The position numbers and the translations under genes are program-made. Of a stretch of DNA of 32,000 nt, positions 7,871 to 16,757 are shown in pieces. The DNA is from Ignicoccus hospitalis KIN4/I (GTDB taxonomy: Archaea > Thermoproteota > Thermoprotei_A > Sulfolobales > Ignicoccaceae). The stretch spans positions 1,050,001-1,082,000 of the forward strand of contig NC_009776.1 in NCBI RefSeq assembly GCF_000017945.1, given 5' to 3'. Under the pieces are notes generated by a model. That model searched no databases. It was not told the origin of the DNA and was given only the letters and a program-made list of their open reading frames with translations. Each line of letters opens with the position of its first letter. Position 1 is the stretch's first letter.

Positions 7871-9082
7871 ATGTACCACGTGGCCAAAGTCACTGAAGAC
7901 TTGTACGTCCTCAGGGTGGACGACCGCTACACCAAGTACTTCGAAGCCTTGTGGGAGATACCCGAAGGCATAACGTACAACGCCTACCTACTCAAAACTG
8001 ACGAAGGCGACGTGCTCTTCGACGCGTGGAAGAGGCAGTTCTCCAGCCACTTGATGGAGGCCTTGGAGAGGGTTACCTCGCCAGACCGGCTGAAGTACGT
8101 GGTCGTCCACCACATGGAGCCGGACCACACGGGAAGCTTGGAGGACGTCCTTCGCTGGGCCCCCAACGCGAAGGTCTTGGGCCACCCACTGGCCGGGAGG
8201 ATGATGAACGCCTACCCCAAGGCCAAGGAGAGGTTCAAGCCGGTCAAGGACGGGGAAGTGCTGGAGGTAGGCGGCAAGAAGTTGAGGTTCGTCCACACCC
8301 CGTGGCTGCACTGGCCGGAGACCATGATGACGTGGCTTGAGGAGGAAGGGGTGCTGCTAACTTGCGACGCCTTCGGGGGCTACGGGATCCCGCTCTCCCT
8401 CTTCGACGACCAGTGCGTAAAGCTGGAAGAGATGATAAGAGAAATGAGGAAGTACGTAGTTACGGTAATAGGACATTATAGAGAGTGGATAGATAGGAAC
8501 ATAGCCAAGCTCGAGAAGCTCGGAATAAAGCCAAACGTGGTGGCCCCGGCCCACGGACTCATATGGAGGAAGAACGTCGACAGAGTATTCCAAGTATACA
8601 AGGACGTGGGCAAGTCCAAGCCTAAGGAGAACAAGGTGCTTCTGGTGTACGCCTCCATGTACGGCACCGTGGAGAAGGTCGCGAGGGGGGTGGAGTGCGA
8701 GCTCGTTAGGGAAGGGATGGAGGTAGCGGTTTACGGCTTCAACGACACCTCCAGGCCGTACATCTCTGAAATACTCACGGACGCTTCCGACGCGGAGGTC
8801 GTGGTGTTCGCCACCCCGACGTACGAGGTGGAGGCCTTCCCCTTCTTGAAGTTCGTAGCCCAAGAGCTGTGCTGGAAGGTCGGCAACGGCAAGAAGGCCG
8901 TCTTGATCTCCAGCTACGGCTGGTCCAGCGCCGCGATAGAGGACCTAAAGAAGACCCTAGAGAACTGCGGCTACAAGTCAGTGGCCGAGGTGAAGTATAA
9001 CGCCATAGGCCCCACTGCCATAACGGACGAGGCCGTAGCGGAGATAGCCAAGAAGGTGGTAGACGCCATCAAGAGCAGCTAG
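7871..9082 (+). CDS. A-type flavoprotein (FprA-like; metallo-beta-lactamase plus flavodoxin domains)
   Basis: HHMEPDHTGSLEDVL, DAFGGYG, VYASMYGTVEKVARGV; ATG at 7871 preferred over 7844. Confidence 0.9.
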   Translation: MYHVAKVTEDLYVLRVDDRYTKYFEALWEIPEGITYNAYLLKTDEGDVLFDAWKRQFSSHLMEALERVTSPDRLKYVVVHHMEPDHTGSLEDVLRWAPNAKVLGHPLAGRMMNAYPKAKERFKPVKDGEVLEVGGKKLRFVHTPWLHWPETMMTWLEEEGVLLTCDAFGGYGIPLSLFDDQCVKLEEMIREMRKYVVTVIGHYREWIDRNIAKLEKLGIKPNVVAPAHGLIWRKNVDRVFQVYKDVGKSKPKENKVLLVYASMYGTVEKVARGVECELVREGMEVAVYGFNDTSRPYISEILTDASDAEVVVFATPTYEVEAFPFLKFVAQELCWKVGNGKKAVLISSYGWSSAAIEDLKKTLENCGYKSVAEVKYNAIGPTAITDEAVAEIAKKVVDAIKSS

Positions 9083-9867
9083 CACTTGAGCCTCCTGCTC
9101 TCGTACCGGTACCTCATGACCACCAAGGCGTGCGCGACGGGCCTCAAGGCTTTTATTACTGCCTTAGGGGGCTTGAGGTCGTAGGCCCTAAAGCCCAAGT
9201 CCCTCAAAGTGCCGTCCACCGCCAAGTACCACCCGGGCTCCGAGGCCGCTCTTTCTATTGCCTTTGCCACACACTCGGCGCTGCTTACGTTCATGTTGGG
9301 GACCGGTAGGGACCTCTCCCTCGCGAAGTTCAAGAGCTTCCACTCCGGCCGGTAGGCCCACTTGCCCACTATTAGGGCGGGCCTCACTATGGAGCCCCCC
9401 TCCCTCCAGACCGCTCTCTCGCCCTCAGCCTTGGTTTCGGAGTACTTCCCCAAGGGAACGCAGCCCTTCAAGAGTTCCCCTTCCTCCCTTACCTTGCCCC
9501 CCTCCTCACAAGCGTCCGCGAGCCCCATCGCCGCCACGGAGCTCACGTAAACGTACTTGAGCCCGAGCTCCTTCGCTACCCTCAACGAAATTAATGCCTT
9601 GGTCACGTGAGAATCGTACATCTCCTCTCTCTTGCCGAAGAGCTTGCCGGCAGCATAAACTACAGCGTCCGCGCCACACCTCTCCAAGACTTCCCTCAGC
9701 TCCTCTTCACTTATTTCGTCAATTAAATACATCTCCTTATCCTTGAAAGCTTCATTCAAGAACGGCCTCTTCTCCGCGCTGGACCTCCGGGCCACCCCGC
9801 AAGAGTCCGTTAGCTCCAACAAGTTGGCCCCCAGGTAGCCCCAAGCCCCGACGACGGCGAGCTTCAA
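9079..9867 (-). CDS. NAD-dependent epimerase / dTDP-4-dehydrorhamnose reductase-like SDR
   Basis: MKLAVVGAWGYLGANLLEL N-terminal Rossmann motif, VYVSSVAAMG, GKYSETKAEGERAV. Confidence 0.8.
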   Translation of the reverse strand: MKLAVVGAWGYLGANLLELTDSCGVARRSSAEKRPFLNEAFKDKEMYLIDEISEEELREVLERCGADAVVYAAGKLFGKREEMYDSHVTKALISLRVAKELGLKYVYVSSVAAMGLADACEEGGKVREEGELLKGCVPLGKYSETKAEGERAVWREGGSIVRPALIVGKWAYRPEWKLLNFARERSLPVPNMNVSSAECVAKAIERAASEPGWYLAVDGTLRDLGFRAYDLKPPKAVIKALRPVAHALVVMRYRYESRRLKC

Positions 9868-10009
9868 GGGACCACCTCCCTTTCCTACCCGGAGCTCTCC
9901 CTTACCGGGACTCCCCTAATTTTCTATCGCAGAGATAGTTCTTTTCTCAAAAATAAGAGAAATTAGTTCTCCTTTTGTAGAAGCCCTCGAGGGATGGCGC
10001 GTGGCTAAG

Positions 10010-10189
10010 ATGAACGCCCACATGGAGGCGGAAATAGACGACCAAGTTTTGGAGAAGATATTCGGCGCCCTGAGCGCCAAAGGGGTAAGCAAGGTAGTGA
10101 TGGAAATAAAGGACGTCCAAGGGAAGCTAATAATTACCGCCGAGCCCACCGAGGAGAGCGTAGTAGAGGCGAAGAAGGGAGGGGAGTAA
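10010..10189 (+). CDS. Small hypothetical protein
   Basis: MNAHMEAEIDDQVLEKIFGALSAKGVSKVVMEIKDVQGKLIITAEPTEESVVEAKKGGE; compact alpha/beta pattern in an otherwise uncovered gap. Confidence 0.45.
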   Translation: MNAHMEAEIDDQVLEKIFGALSAKGVSKVVMEIKDVQGKLIITAEPTEESVVEAKKGGE

Positions 10190-10357
10190 TTGAAGTTAGT
10201 GCTAGTGGTCGAAGTGGACGAAAAGGCCACGAGTTTTTTGGAACGCACCCTTGGAAACGCGAAAGTAAAGTTCGTGCTCGAGAAGCTCGAGGTAGAGGTC
10301 AACGCCGGGGGAGAGGAAGTTAAGGTGCTCAAAGTGGGGCCCGAGTGCCTTCAGTAG
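10190..10357 (+). CDS. Small hypothetical protein (55 aa) immediately downstream in the same frame
   Basis: TTG directly after TAA: LKLVLVVEVDEKATSFLERTLGNAKVKFVLEKLEVEVNAGGEEVKVLKVGPECLQ; below ORF-track length cut-off. Confidence 0.4.
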   Translation: MKLVLVVEVDEKATSFLERTLGNAKVKFVLEKLEVEVNAGGEEVKVLKVGPECLQ

Positions 10358-10514
10358 CTTTTTCAACAACTGCCGAACAGAGCGTTAGACACCGACCTTT
10401 AAGGGACGGCTCGAACTAACGCTTGGGGTCTAACGTGCAGACCGCAGTTCAACTCCCCAAGCCCAAGCCCTCCGAGGAGGAGCTCGAGCTCTACCTCGCA
10501 GAGGCAGCCTTGAG

Positions 10515-10961
10515 CTATAGGTGACAGCCCTTCTTCAGCCCCAACTCTTTTAATTTCTTCATAACCTCGTCCACCAAACTCAACACCCGCTCGCGGCTCA
10601 CCCCTTTCTTCTCCGCCTCTTCCAACACCACCTCCATCACTTTCGAGTACTTCTTGTACTTCTCGTTCAGCTTCCTCCAAGGCACGCCCCTCAGAGCCTC
10701 CGCCACCTCACGGTCGAACGGGAGAGCGCCCAAGGCCATTAGGACAGCTATTATTGGGTAGCCCACGTAACCCCTAAACTTGGTGCCGTTGTCCGTGCTG
10801 TCGGCCAAGCCCCTCTCTAAGTCTACGCAGACCTCGTAAACCCGGTCGCCCTCGCTCGAGACAACCTCCGCCCTCCCGTCCCCCAGCCTCACCCTCCCGT
10901 CGGCCAGCGCGCCCAAGGCTTCCAACACCTTTATCTTGGGCGGGAGCCTCAAGGGCTTCAA
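10515..10961 (-). CDS. Hypothetical protein
   Basis: 148-aa ORF overlapping the upstream gene by 4 nt (translational coupling). Confidence 0.65.
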   Translation of the reverse strand: MKPLRLPPKIKVLEALGALADGRVRLGDGRAEVVSSEGDRVYEVCVDLERGLADSTDNGTKFRGYVGYPIIAVLMALGALPFDREVAEALRGVPWRKLNEKYKKYSKVMEVVLEEAEKKGVSRERVLSLVDEVMKKLKELGLKKGCHL

Positions 10962-12031
10962 AGTACCACCTCAGAAACGGTTACGGAGTCCAAGTAGTCC
11001 TCGTCAATTTCGAACAACAGGCCCGGGGAGTCCCTCACCTCCACGAACCCACACTTGACTTCGAACGGGTCCTTCGCCAGCCCCCTCTCGAACAAGTGGT
11101 CCTCCGGGCTGAAGTCGGAGGGCTCCAAGTTCCCCCTGGCCAGCGACGCCACGGTCATGTTCAAGCTCCTCCCGACGGCCGTTTCCAGCATACCGCCTAT
11201 GAAGAAGGGCAACTCGTTTTCGATTATGAGCTCCACGGTTTCCACGCTCTTAACCAAGCCCCCGAACCGAGGGGGCTTGAGGTTGACCCCTAAGGGGGCG
11301 CCCACGCCCTCGCTCAAGTAAGCCAGCTCCGCCACCCTCTCCGGCTCCTCCAAGCTCTCGTCCAGAATGACCTCTATTCCCTCGGAGGAGGCCAACTTCG
11401 CCGAGAAGGCGACCTCGTGAGGGGGGAAGGGCTGCTCCAACGCGTCCGCGTAAGAGGCGACCTTGCTCAAGTACTCCCAGTGCACGTCCTTCAAGGGGTC
11501 GTAAGCGCCGTTGGCGTCGGCCAAGACAGGGACTCCGGGGAACTCCCTCTTAAGGGCCCTTACGGGCTCCACGTCCCAGCCCGGCTTTATCTTCACCTTC
11601 AGCCTCCTAGCGCCCCACTCCAGCGCCCTCTCCGCCCAAGCGACGAGCTCGTCCTCGTCCTTAACTATGCCTATGCTCTCTTGGACGGGTATCTTTATCT
11701 TCCTCCCGCCCACGGCCTTGACCAAGCTCTCCTTCCTTAAGCACGAGAGTAAAGTGAGGACCGAGTACTCTATCATCGACTTGGCGAAGTTGTTGCCTCT
11801 ATAGCTGTTGAGCACCTTCAGGAGGCCGTTCACGTCCTCAACCATTTTGATTTTCGGTATAACCAACTTAGCGAATGCGACCACGGAGTCCACGAACTCC
11901 CCGCTGTAGAGCGGCTCCGCCTCCGCCGGGGCCTCGCCGAAGCCCTTGCACCCCCCGGCCTCGGCCACAGTTATTACCCTCGTCCCCTCCGCCTTTCCAA
12001 AGCTCGTCTCGAAATCTATTTTCATCTTCAT
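10958..12031 (-). CDS. Enolase-superfamily enzyme, o-succinylbenzoate synthase / N-acylamino acid racemase-like
   Basis: KVKIKPGWD, VLADANGAY, ILDES, NLKPPRFGG, FFIGGMLETAVGRSLNMTVASLA; ORF open from 12091, start at 12031/12025 more likely. Confidence 0.8.
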   Translation of the reverse strand: MKMKIDFETSFGKAEGTRVITVAEAGGCKGFGEAPAEAEPLYSGEFVDSVVAFAKLVIPKIKMVEDVNGLLKVLNSYRGNNFAKSMIEYSVLTLLSCLRKESLVKAVGGRKIKIPVQESIGIVKDEDELVAWAERALEWGARRLKVKIKPGWDVEPVRALKREFPGVPVLADANGAYDPLKDVHWEYLSKVASYADALEQPFPPHEVAFSAKLASSEGIEVILDESLEEPERVAELAYLSEGVGAPLGVNLKPPRFGGLVKSVETVELIIENELPFFIGGMLETAVGRSLNMTVASLARGNLEPSDFSPEDHLFERGLAKDPFEVKCGFVEVRDSPGLLFEIDEDYLDSVTVSEVVL

Positions 12032-12097
12032 TTTTATTACCTTCACTCTGAACGTAATCCCTTCCGGCACGGGCCACGAGAGCAAGTCCACCTCGGC

Positions 12098-13201
12098 TCA
12101 CCTCGCGAACAACACGTAAGAGTGGCCGTAGGGGACCTTGTAGAAGGTTATGTGCGGCCTTAAGTAGAGCTTGTAGTCCGGGTTGGCCTCCTTGACCTTC
12201 TTCGGGAGGACTATCAAGTCGTCCCACTTGTGGTACGCGGCCAGCGCCAAGTAGGGCTTATACTCCTTCAAGACGTCCTTGAAGGCCTCTAAGGCCTCCC
12301 TTTCATAGCCTTCTATGTCGCTCTTGATGAAGTAGGCGTTCTTATCCTTCCCCAAGTTGATTAACTCGCGCGCGTCTGTATCCTTCTTAATCAGTTTATT
12401 TATTATAATCATCTCGTTGTTTTTCGACCTCAAGAATTCGCGCGCGAGCTCCTCGTTCCTTCGGGCGACCGCAAGCGCCTCTTGAGAGGCGTCCACCGCG
12501 AGGAGCTTGGAGTTGGAGGAGTAGAGCGCGTACCAGAGGGCCGTCTCCCCGTAGGCCGCCCCCAAGTCGACGAACGCCGAGTCGTCGAGCGGCGTCACCC
12601 CGCACTCCTCGCACTTGTAGCTCTCGCACGCGAATATCTCTTTTAAGAGACTATCGGAGTTCTCGATCTTGAACAAGCCCCTTATGTCGTACAAGGGTAA
12701 ATACTTGCCCAAGCCGACTTGCCTTATCCCCCTCTTTTCCAAGTCCACCTTAGGTATGTAACAGAAGGTGAAGGCTTTCGAAACGACCGACGGAGCCATG
12801 AACTTCAACAAGTCGGCCAAGGCCAGGTAGTTGAGGAGGTTGACGTAGGTCTCCTTGCTCTCGGCCTCGAACAGCTCGCACGCCTCCACGAACTCCCGCG
12901 GCGCCTTTATCAGAGCGTAAAGGACGCCGTGGAAGACCGCAGAGTACATGAAGTAGGAGAAGGTCCAAGGGGGGAAGTGGTGCCATTCTAACGTCCTCAA
13001 GTACCTATTGAACATCGTCTCTGTTAATGTCCTCCCCCCGAAGAGGGGGCTCAACTTCCTCAACACCTTCAGCGGGAAGCTTATCGATTCACCCCTGATG
13101 AAGAACTTTGTAGTCGCCATCCTTAATGCGAAGTCCTCCACCTTTTCCAAGTATTGAATAAACGTGTCCTCGAAGTTTTCGAGCCGATCGCACGCCCCCA
13201 T
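12098..13201 (-). CDS. FkbM-family SAM-dependent methyltransferase
   Basis: FVDLGAAYGETALWYALYSS...LLAVDASQEALAVARRN...AYFIKSDIEGYEREALEAF. Confidence 0.75.
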   Translation of the reverse strand: MGACDRLENFEDTFIQYLEKVEDFALRMATTKFFIRGESISFPLKVLRKLSPLFGGRTLTETMFNRYLRTLEWHHFPPWTFSYFMYSAVFHGVLYALIKAPREFVEACELFEAESKETYVNLLNYLALADLLKFMAPSVVSKAFTFCYIPKVDLEKRGIRQVGLGKYLPLYDIRGLFKIENSDSLLKEIFACESYKCEECGVTPLDDSAFVDLGAAYGETALWYALYSSNSKLLAVDASQEALAVARRNEELAREFLRSKNNEMIIINKLIKKDTDARELINLGKDKNAYFIKSDIEGYEREALEAFKDVLKEYKPYLALAAYHKWDDLIVLPKKVKEANPDYKLYLRPHITFYKVPYGHSYVLFAR

Positions 13202-13259
13202 GATCCTTCACTTTTGCGCCCTCCCGGCCGCTAAAAATGCGGTAAGGACGTTGAGGCCC

Positions 13260-13931
13260 ATGATAGTGGGTCACCAAGGGGCTAGGTTCGTGGTGAGGGG
13301 CAACACCCTCCAAGCCTTCCGGTACGCCTTGGAAAACGGAGCTGACGCAGTGGAGTGCGACGTGTGGCGCTTGAGGGACGGCAGCTTGGCAGTGCACCAC
13401 GATAGGGAAGTACAAATAGGTAACAAGAAGTACGACATAAAGTCGTTCACCCTCGGCCAGTTGAAGAGGTACTTGCCTTACGTCCCCTCCCTCAAAGAGG
13501 TGTTGTCCCTAGTGGTTGAAGGTTACAAGAAGAGGCTCTTCGTGGAGCTGAAGGACCCCAGCCCCCTGGCCGCGGAGGCCTTGGACAAGGCGCTCGAGGG
13601 CTGGGAGATGGTGACCGTGATCTCGTTCTACGCCCCGCAGCTCAAGAGGCTCAAGTACCCCAGCAAGGGACTCCTCTTCACCGTCAGGCCGCTCACCTTG
13701 AGGGGGCTCGTGGAGGGCCTCGAGCTGGAGTGGGTGGCCCCTAGGAGGGACATGGCCGACCGGGAGCTGGTGGGGGAGGCTAAGGAGTTGGGGTTAAAGG
13801 TCCTAACTTGGCTGCACAACAGGCCGAAGGAGGTTAGGGAGGCCCTCGAGCTGGGGGTGGAGGCCTTCGCCACCGACAGGCCGGACTTGGCGAGGGCTTG
13901 GCTGGAGAAGGCCCTAAGGGAGGGAGGATGA
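13260..13931 (+). CDS. Glycerophosphodiester phosphodiesterase (GDPD) family protein
   Basis: MIVGHQGARFVVRGNTLQAFRYALENGADAVECDVWRLRDGSLAVHHD; ATG at 13260. Confidence 0.92.
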   Translation: MIVGHQGARFVVRGNTLQAFRYALENGADAVECDVWRLRDGSLAVHHDREVQIGNKKYDIKSFTLGQLKRYLPYVPSLKEVLSLVVEGYKKRLFVELKDPSPLAAEALDKALEGWEMVTVISFYAPQLKRLKYPSKGLLFTVRPLTLRGLVEGLELEWVAPRRDMADRELVGEAKELGLKVLTWLHNRPKEVREALELGVEAFATDRPDLARAWLEKALREGG

Positions 13932-14482
13932 AGAAGCGGGAGCTTTTGAAGGACTTGGCGAAGCAGAGGTTTTACGCCCTCGTAGACTTGGCGTTCGAGG
14001 AGGCCAGGAAGGGGAGGTTAGAAATAGCTTCTTCCTTGGGGAGGCAAGCCTTCGCGGTGGCCAAGAAAGGGGGTTACAAGGTCCCCCGGAAGGTCAAGAG
14101 GAGGTTCTGTAGGAGGTGCTTCGCGCCCCTCGTCCCGGGCGTTACGGCGAGCGTTAGGGTGAGGAACAAGGGCAAGCCCACGGTGGTGGTTAGGTGCTTA
14201 AATTGCGGCTACGTTAGGAGGTACCCGGGAGAGCTTGAAGGGGCTGAGGGGGGAGCTGAGCCAGACGAGGGAGACCGTCCACATAGGGAAGAAGGGCGTG
14301 ACGGAGGAGGTGTTAAAGGAGATAAGGAGGCAGTTGAAGGAGAGGGGGTTCGTCAAGGTGAAGATAGAGAAGAGCGTGATCAGGGTGTTGGAGAGGGACA
14401 GGAGGGAGGTGGCCAAAGAGGTCGCCGAGAGGCTGGGGGCGGAGCTGTTGGAGGTGAGGGGGAGGACCTTCATATTGATTGA
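13928..14482 (+). CDS. rnp4: Ribonuclease P protein component 4 (Rpp21/Rpr2)
   Basis: ATGA overlap; FYALVDLAFEEARKGRLEIASSLGRQAFAVAKK...FCRRCFAPLVPGVTASVRVR...VVVRCLNCGYVRRYP; the last ~80 aa are low complexity. Confidence 0.85.
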   Translation: MKKRELLKDLAKQRFYALVDLAFEEARKGRLEIASSLGRQAFAVAKKGGYKVPRKVKRRFCRRCFAPLVPGVTASVRVRNKGKPTVVVRCLNCGYVRRYPGELEGAEGGAEPDEGDRPHREEGRDGGGVKGDKEAVEGEGVRQGEDREERDQGVGEGQEGGGQRGRREAGGGAVGGEGEDLHID

Positions 14483-14552
14483 TAAGAACGGAATAAGGTT
14501 CTCTGAAATAGACAGGTTCAAGAAGAACAGGAGGAAGGGGAAGAGAGGGTGA
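14235..14552 (+). CDS. CRM/YhbY-domain RNA-binding protein
   Basis: VHIGKKGVTEEVLKEIRRQLKERGFVKVKIEKSV...VAERLGAELLEVRGRTFILI. Confidence 0.85.
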   Translation: MKGLRGELSQTRETVHIGKKGVTEEVLKEIRRQLKERGFVKVKIEKSVIRVLERDRREVAKEVAERLGAELLEVRGRTFILIDKNGIRFSEIDRFKKNRRKGKRG

Positions 14553-15118
14553 AGGTCCTACACGTCTCCGACGTCCACTGCGCCGCCGAGAAGCTCAAGG
14601 GAGTTCTGAGGCGGGAGGAGTACGACCTAGTGGTCGCCACCGGCGACTTCGAGTGCTTGAGCGTCGTACACGCCTTGGAGGAGGCCAAGGCCCCCGTGTT
14701 GGCGGTCACGGGGAACTTGGACGACCCGGAGATAGCTGACCTCCTGGAGGAGCTCGGTTACAGCGTGGAAAACAAGGTGAGGGAGGTCAACGGCAAGCGC
14801 TTCGCGGGCCTCTCCGGCCAAGAGCCGAGGACCTCTGCAGAACTCTTAATGAGGTTGGAGTTCGACGTGTTGTTGAGTCATTACCCACCTAAGGGCGTTG
14901 TGGACAAGGCTTGGAACGGGGCCCACATAGGCTTGGTGGAGGTGAGGAAGCTCGTGGAGGAGAAGTCGCCGGAGTTCGTGCACTGCGGCCACGTACACGA
15001 GGCGAGGGGGTGGGACGCGTTGGGCCAAACCTTGGTGGTCAACCCCGGCCCTCTGAAGTGGGGCTACTACGCGCTGGTAGATTACGAAAACAAGACGGTG
15101 GACTTCAAGAGGGCCTAG
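14549..15118 (+). CDS. YfcE/MJ0936-type metallophosphoesterase
   Basis: VLHVSDVHC, VVATGDFEC, VTGNLDD, LSHYPP, CGHVHEARG, VVNPGPL. Confidence 0.9.
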   Translation: MKVLHVSDVHCAAEKLKGVLRREEYDLVVATGDFECLSVVHALEEAKAPVLAVTGNLDDPEIADLLEELGYSVENKVREVNGKRFAGLSGQEPRTSAELLMRLEFDVLLSHYPPKGVVDKAWNGAHIGLVEVRKLVEEKSPEFVHCGHVHEARGWDALGQTLVVNPGPLKWGYYALVDYENKTVDFKRA

Positions 15119-15906
15119 GCCCTCTTGGCCACCAGTACTATCCTAGGCGAGGAGGGCTCGAAGGGCTTGCCGGACCAGTCGCCGTAGGCCTCTAAGGGCT
15201 TCCACCCTCCCTCCCTAGCGAGCTTGGCGAGCTCGTGGAGCGAGTAGAGGCGGAACTGCAAGTTCAAGGTAACTACCTTCTTCAAGCCGTCCTCTCCCCT
15301 CTCGTACACCTCTACCTCGCTTTCATCCATGGACTTCCACGGGTCGTAGTGGCTGTTGACTATCATTACCTTGTCTCCGTGCTCCAAGGTCCACTTGTAG
15401 CTCCTCTGGAAGCCCCTCGCCCTGAGCACGGAGTCCCTATTCTCTACATCTAACAAAAGCAGCGCGTCGGGCTTGGAGACCCAGGCGAAGTTGCGGAGTA
15501 TAGCCCTATCCACCTCGTCGCCGTAAAAGCCGAAGCTGGAAAACCAAGAAACTACGGCGTCGAACCTCAAGTCCTTCACTACCTCCGGGAGCCTCCTCAA
15601 GTCGCCCACGACGCACCTAGCCTTGTTCTCCACCCCGGCCCGGGCTATCCTCTCGTTGGCCTCCTCCACGAACTTCGGGGATATGTCTATCCCCAAAACC
15701 TCGTAGCCGTACTCAGCTAGCCCGACGGTTATCCTCCCGGTTCCGCAGCCCGCGTCTAGTACCAAGCCGCTCCTAACGCCGTGGGACTTCAGCGCCCTAG
15801 CTATGAGGGCCACTTGGGAGCTCGTGGAGGCCCAGACGGAGGGGGGCTCCGCTAGGAGGGAGGAGTAAGCGAACCACCTGACCCAAGTCTCCACTGTCCA
15901 GTCCAA
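15115..15906 (-). CDS. Class I SAM-dependent methyltransferase
   Basis: VLDAGCGTGRITVGLAEYGYEVLGIDISPKFVEEA. Confidence 0.9.
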   Translation of the reverse strand: MDWTVETWVRWFAYSSLLAEPPSVWASTSSQVALIARALKSHGVRSGLVLDAGCGTGRITVGLAEYGYEVLGIDISPKFVEEANERIARAGVENKARCVVGDLRRLPEVVKDLRFDAVVSWFSSFGFYGDEVDRAILRNFAWVSKPDALLLLDVENRDSVLRARGFQRSYKWTLEHGDKVMIVNSHYDPWKSMDESEVEVYERGEDGLKKVVTLNLQFRLYSLHELAKLAREGGWKPLEAYGDWSGKPFEPSSPRIVLVAKRA

Positions 15907-15958
15907 GGCCTACCTTCCGAGGAGTTTTGTCCCCGACCAGTAAAACCGTTTTCAAAAA

Positions 15959-16456
15959 TTACTTACACCTCAGCACCGATACTGGGAAGTCCAAGTTTAT
16001 TGCCCTCGCGTCCTTCTTGTCCTCGCCCTCGAACCAGTAGTATAGGGTGCCGCTCACGATCCTCTGTCCAGGCTCCAAGGCGACTATCCTGACCCTTATG
16101 GTCTTCGCCTCGCCGGGCTCTATGACCACGCTGGTGGTCGCCAAGCCGGAGCCTCCCTTTACCCCTTGACCCGCGTAGACCACCATTCCGGGGGGCACCA
16201 TTATGGTTATCTGCGCGTAAACCCTCGGGTTGAACACCGGGTTGACGGCCGTGAGCTCGTATATCGCGCTCTCGTTAACGCACACCTTGGTCTTTATCGG
16301 CCTCAGCTGGACCTCTAAGGCCTTGTAAGCTTTAGCCTTCTCCTCCACGCTCATTTGGTGGTGGCCGAAGAAGTAGAAGAAGGAGAAGGCCGCTAACACT
16401 AGCAAGGCCAGGCCCAGCAGCAAGACCGGTACGGTGAGGCCTCTCCTAGCGCTCAA
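15959..16456 (-). CDS. Hypothetical exported/membrane-anchored protein
   Basis: N-terminal TM segment VPVLLLGLALLVLAAFSFFYFF followed by a beta-rich region. Confidence 0.6.
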   Translation of the reverse strand: MSARRGLTVPVLLLGLALLVLAAFSFFYFFGHHQMSVEEKAKAYKALEVQLRPIKTKVCVNESAIYELTAVNPVFNPRVYAQITIMVPPGMVVYAGQGVKGGSGLATTSVVIEPGEAKTIRVRIVALEPGQRIVSGTLYYWFEGEDKKDARAINLDFPVSVLRCK

Positions 16457-16500
16457 CTCTCCTTATCCCGAATATTCCCTCCTATGAAAACTTAATAAGC

Positions 16501-16719
16501 TCAAACCCTATACTCCTTAGCTAAGGAGTAGCAACCCTCCCCGTGCCTTATTATGCCCTTCTTCACCAAGCTGTCGAGCACTAGCGTGGGCCTCTTTATT
16601 CCCTTCCTCCTGAGCTCTTGAAGGGCTATTATCTCGCCCACAGACTTGAAGGCGACGAAGTACTCCACCACGACCTTTTCCTCTTCAGTGAGCTCGTGCC
16701 AAGGTATCTCCTTGGGCAC
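16501..16719 (-). CDS. Hypothetical small protein, possible winged-helix-like fold
   Basis: 72 aa, VVEYFVAFKSVGEIIALQELRRKGIKRPTLVLDSLVKKGIIRHGEGCYSL. Confidence 0.55.
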   Translation of the reverse strand: MPKEIPWHELTEEEKVVVEYFVAFKSVGEIIALQELRRKGIKRPTLVLDSLVKKGIIRHGEGCYSLAKEYRV

Positions 16720-16757
16720 GGCGTTCCCTTCATAGCCTCTCCCGGGGAGATATTAGT

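Noticed and set aside
6928-7871. tRNA-adjacent integrated element or genomic island scar
   Set aside because: No integrase, no duplicated 3' tRNA fragment was seen, and the noncoding gap is on the 5' side of tRNA-Lys, which is not the usual integration side.
9916-10332. Minus-strand ORF of 138 aa
   Set aside because: Serine/threonine-rich shadow frame opposite two small plus-strand ORFs; no recognisable domain.
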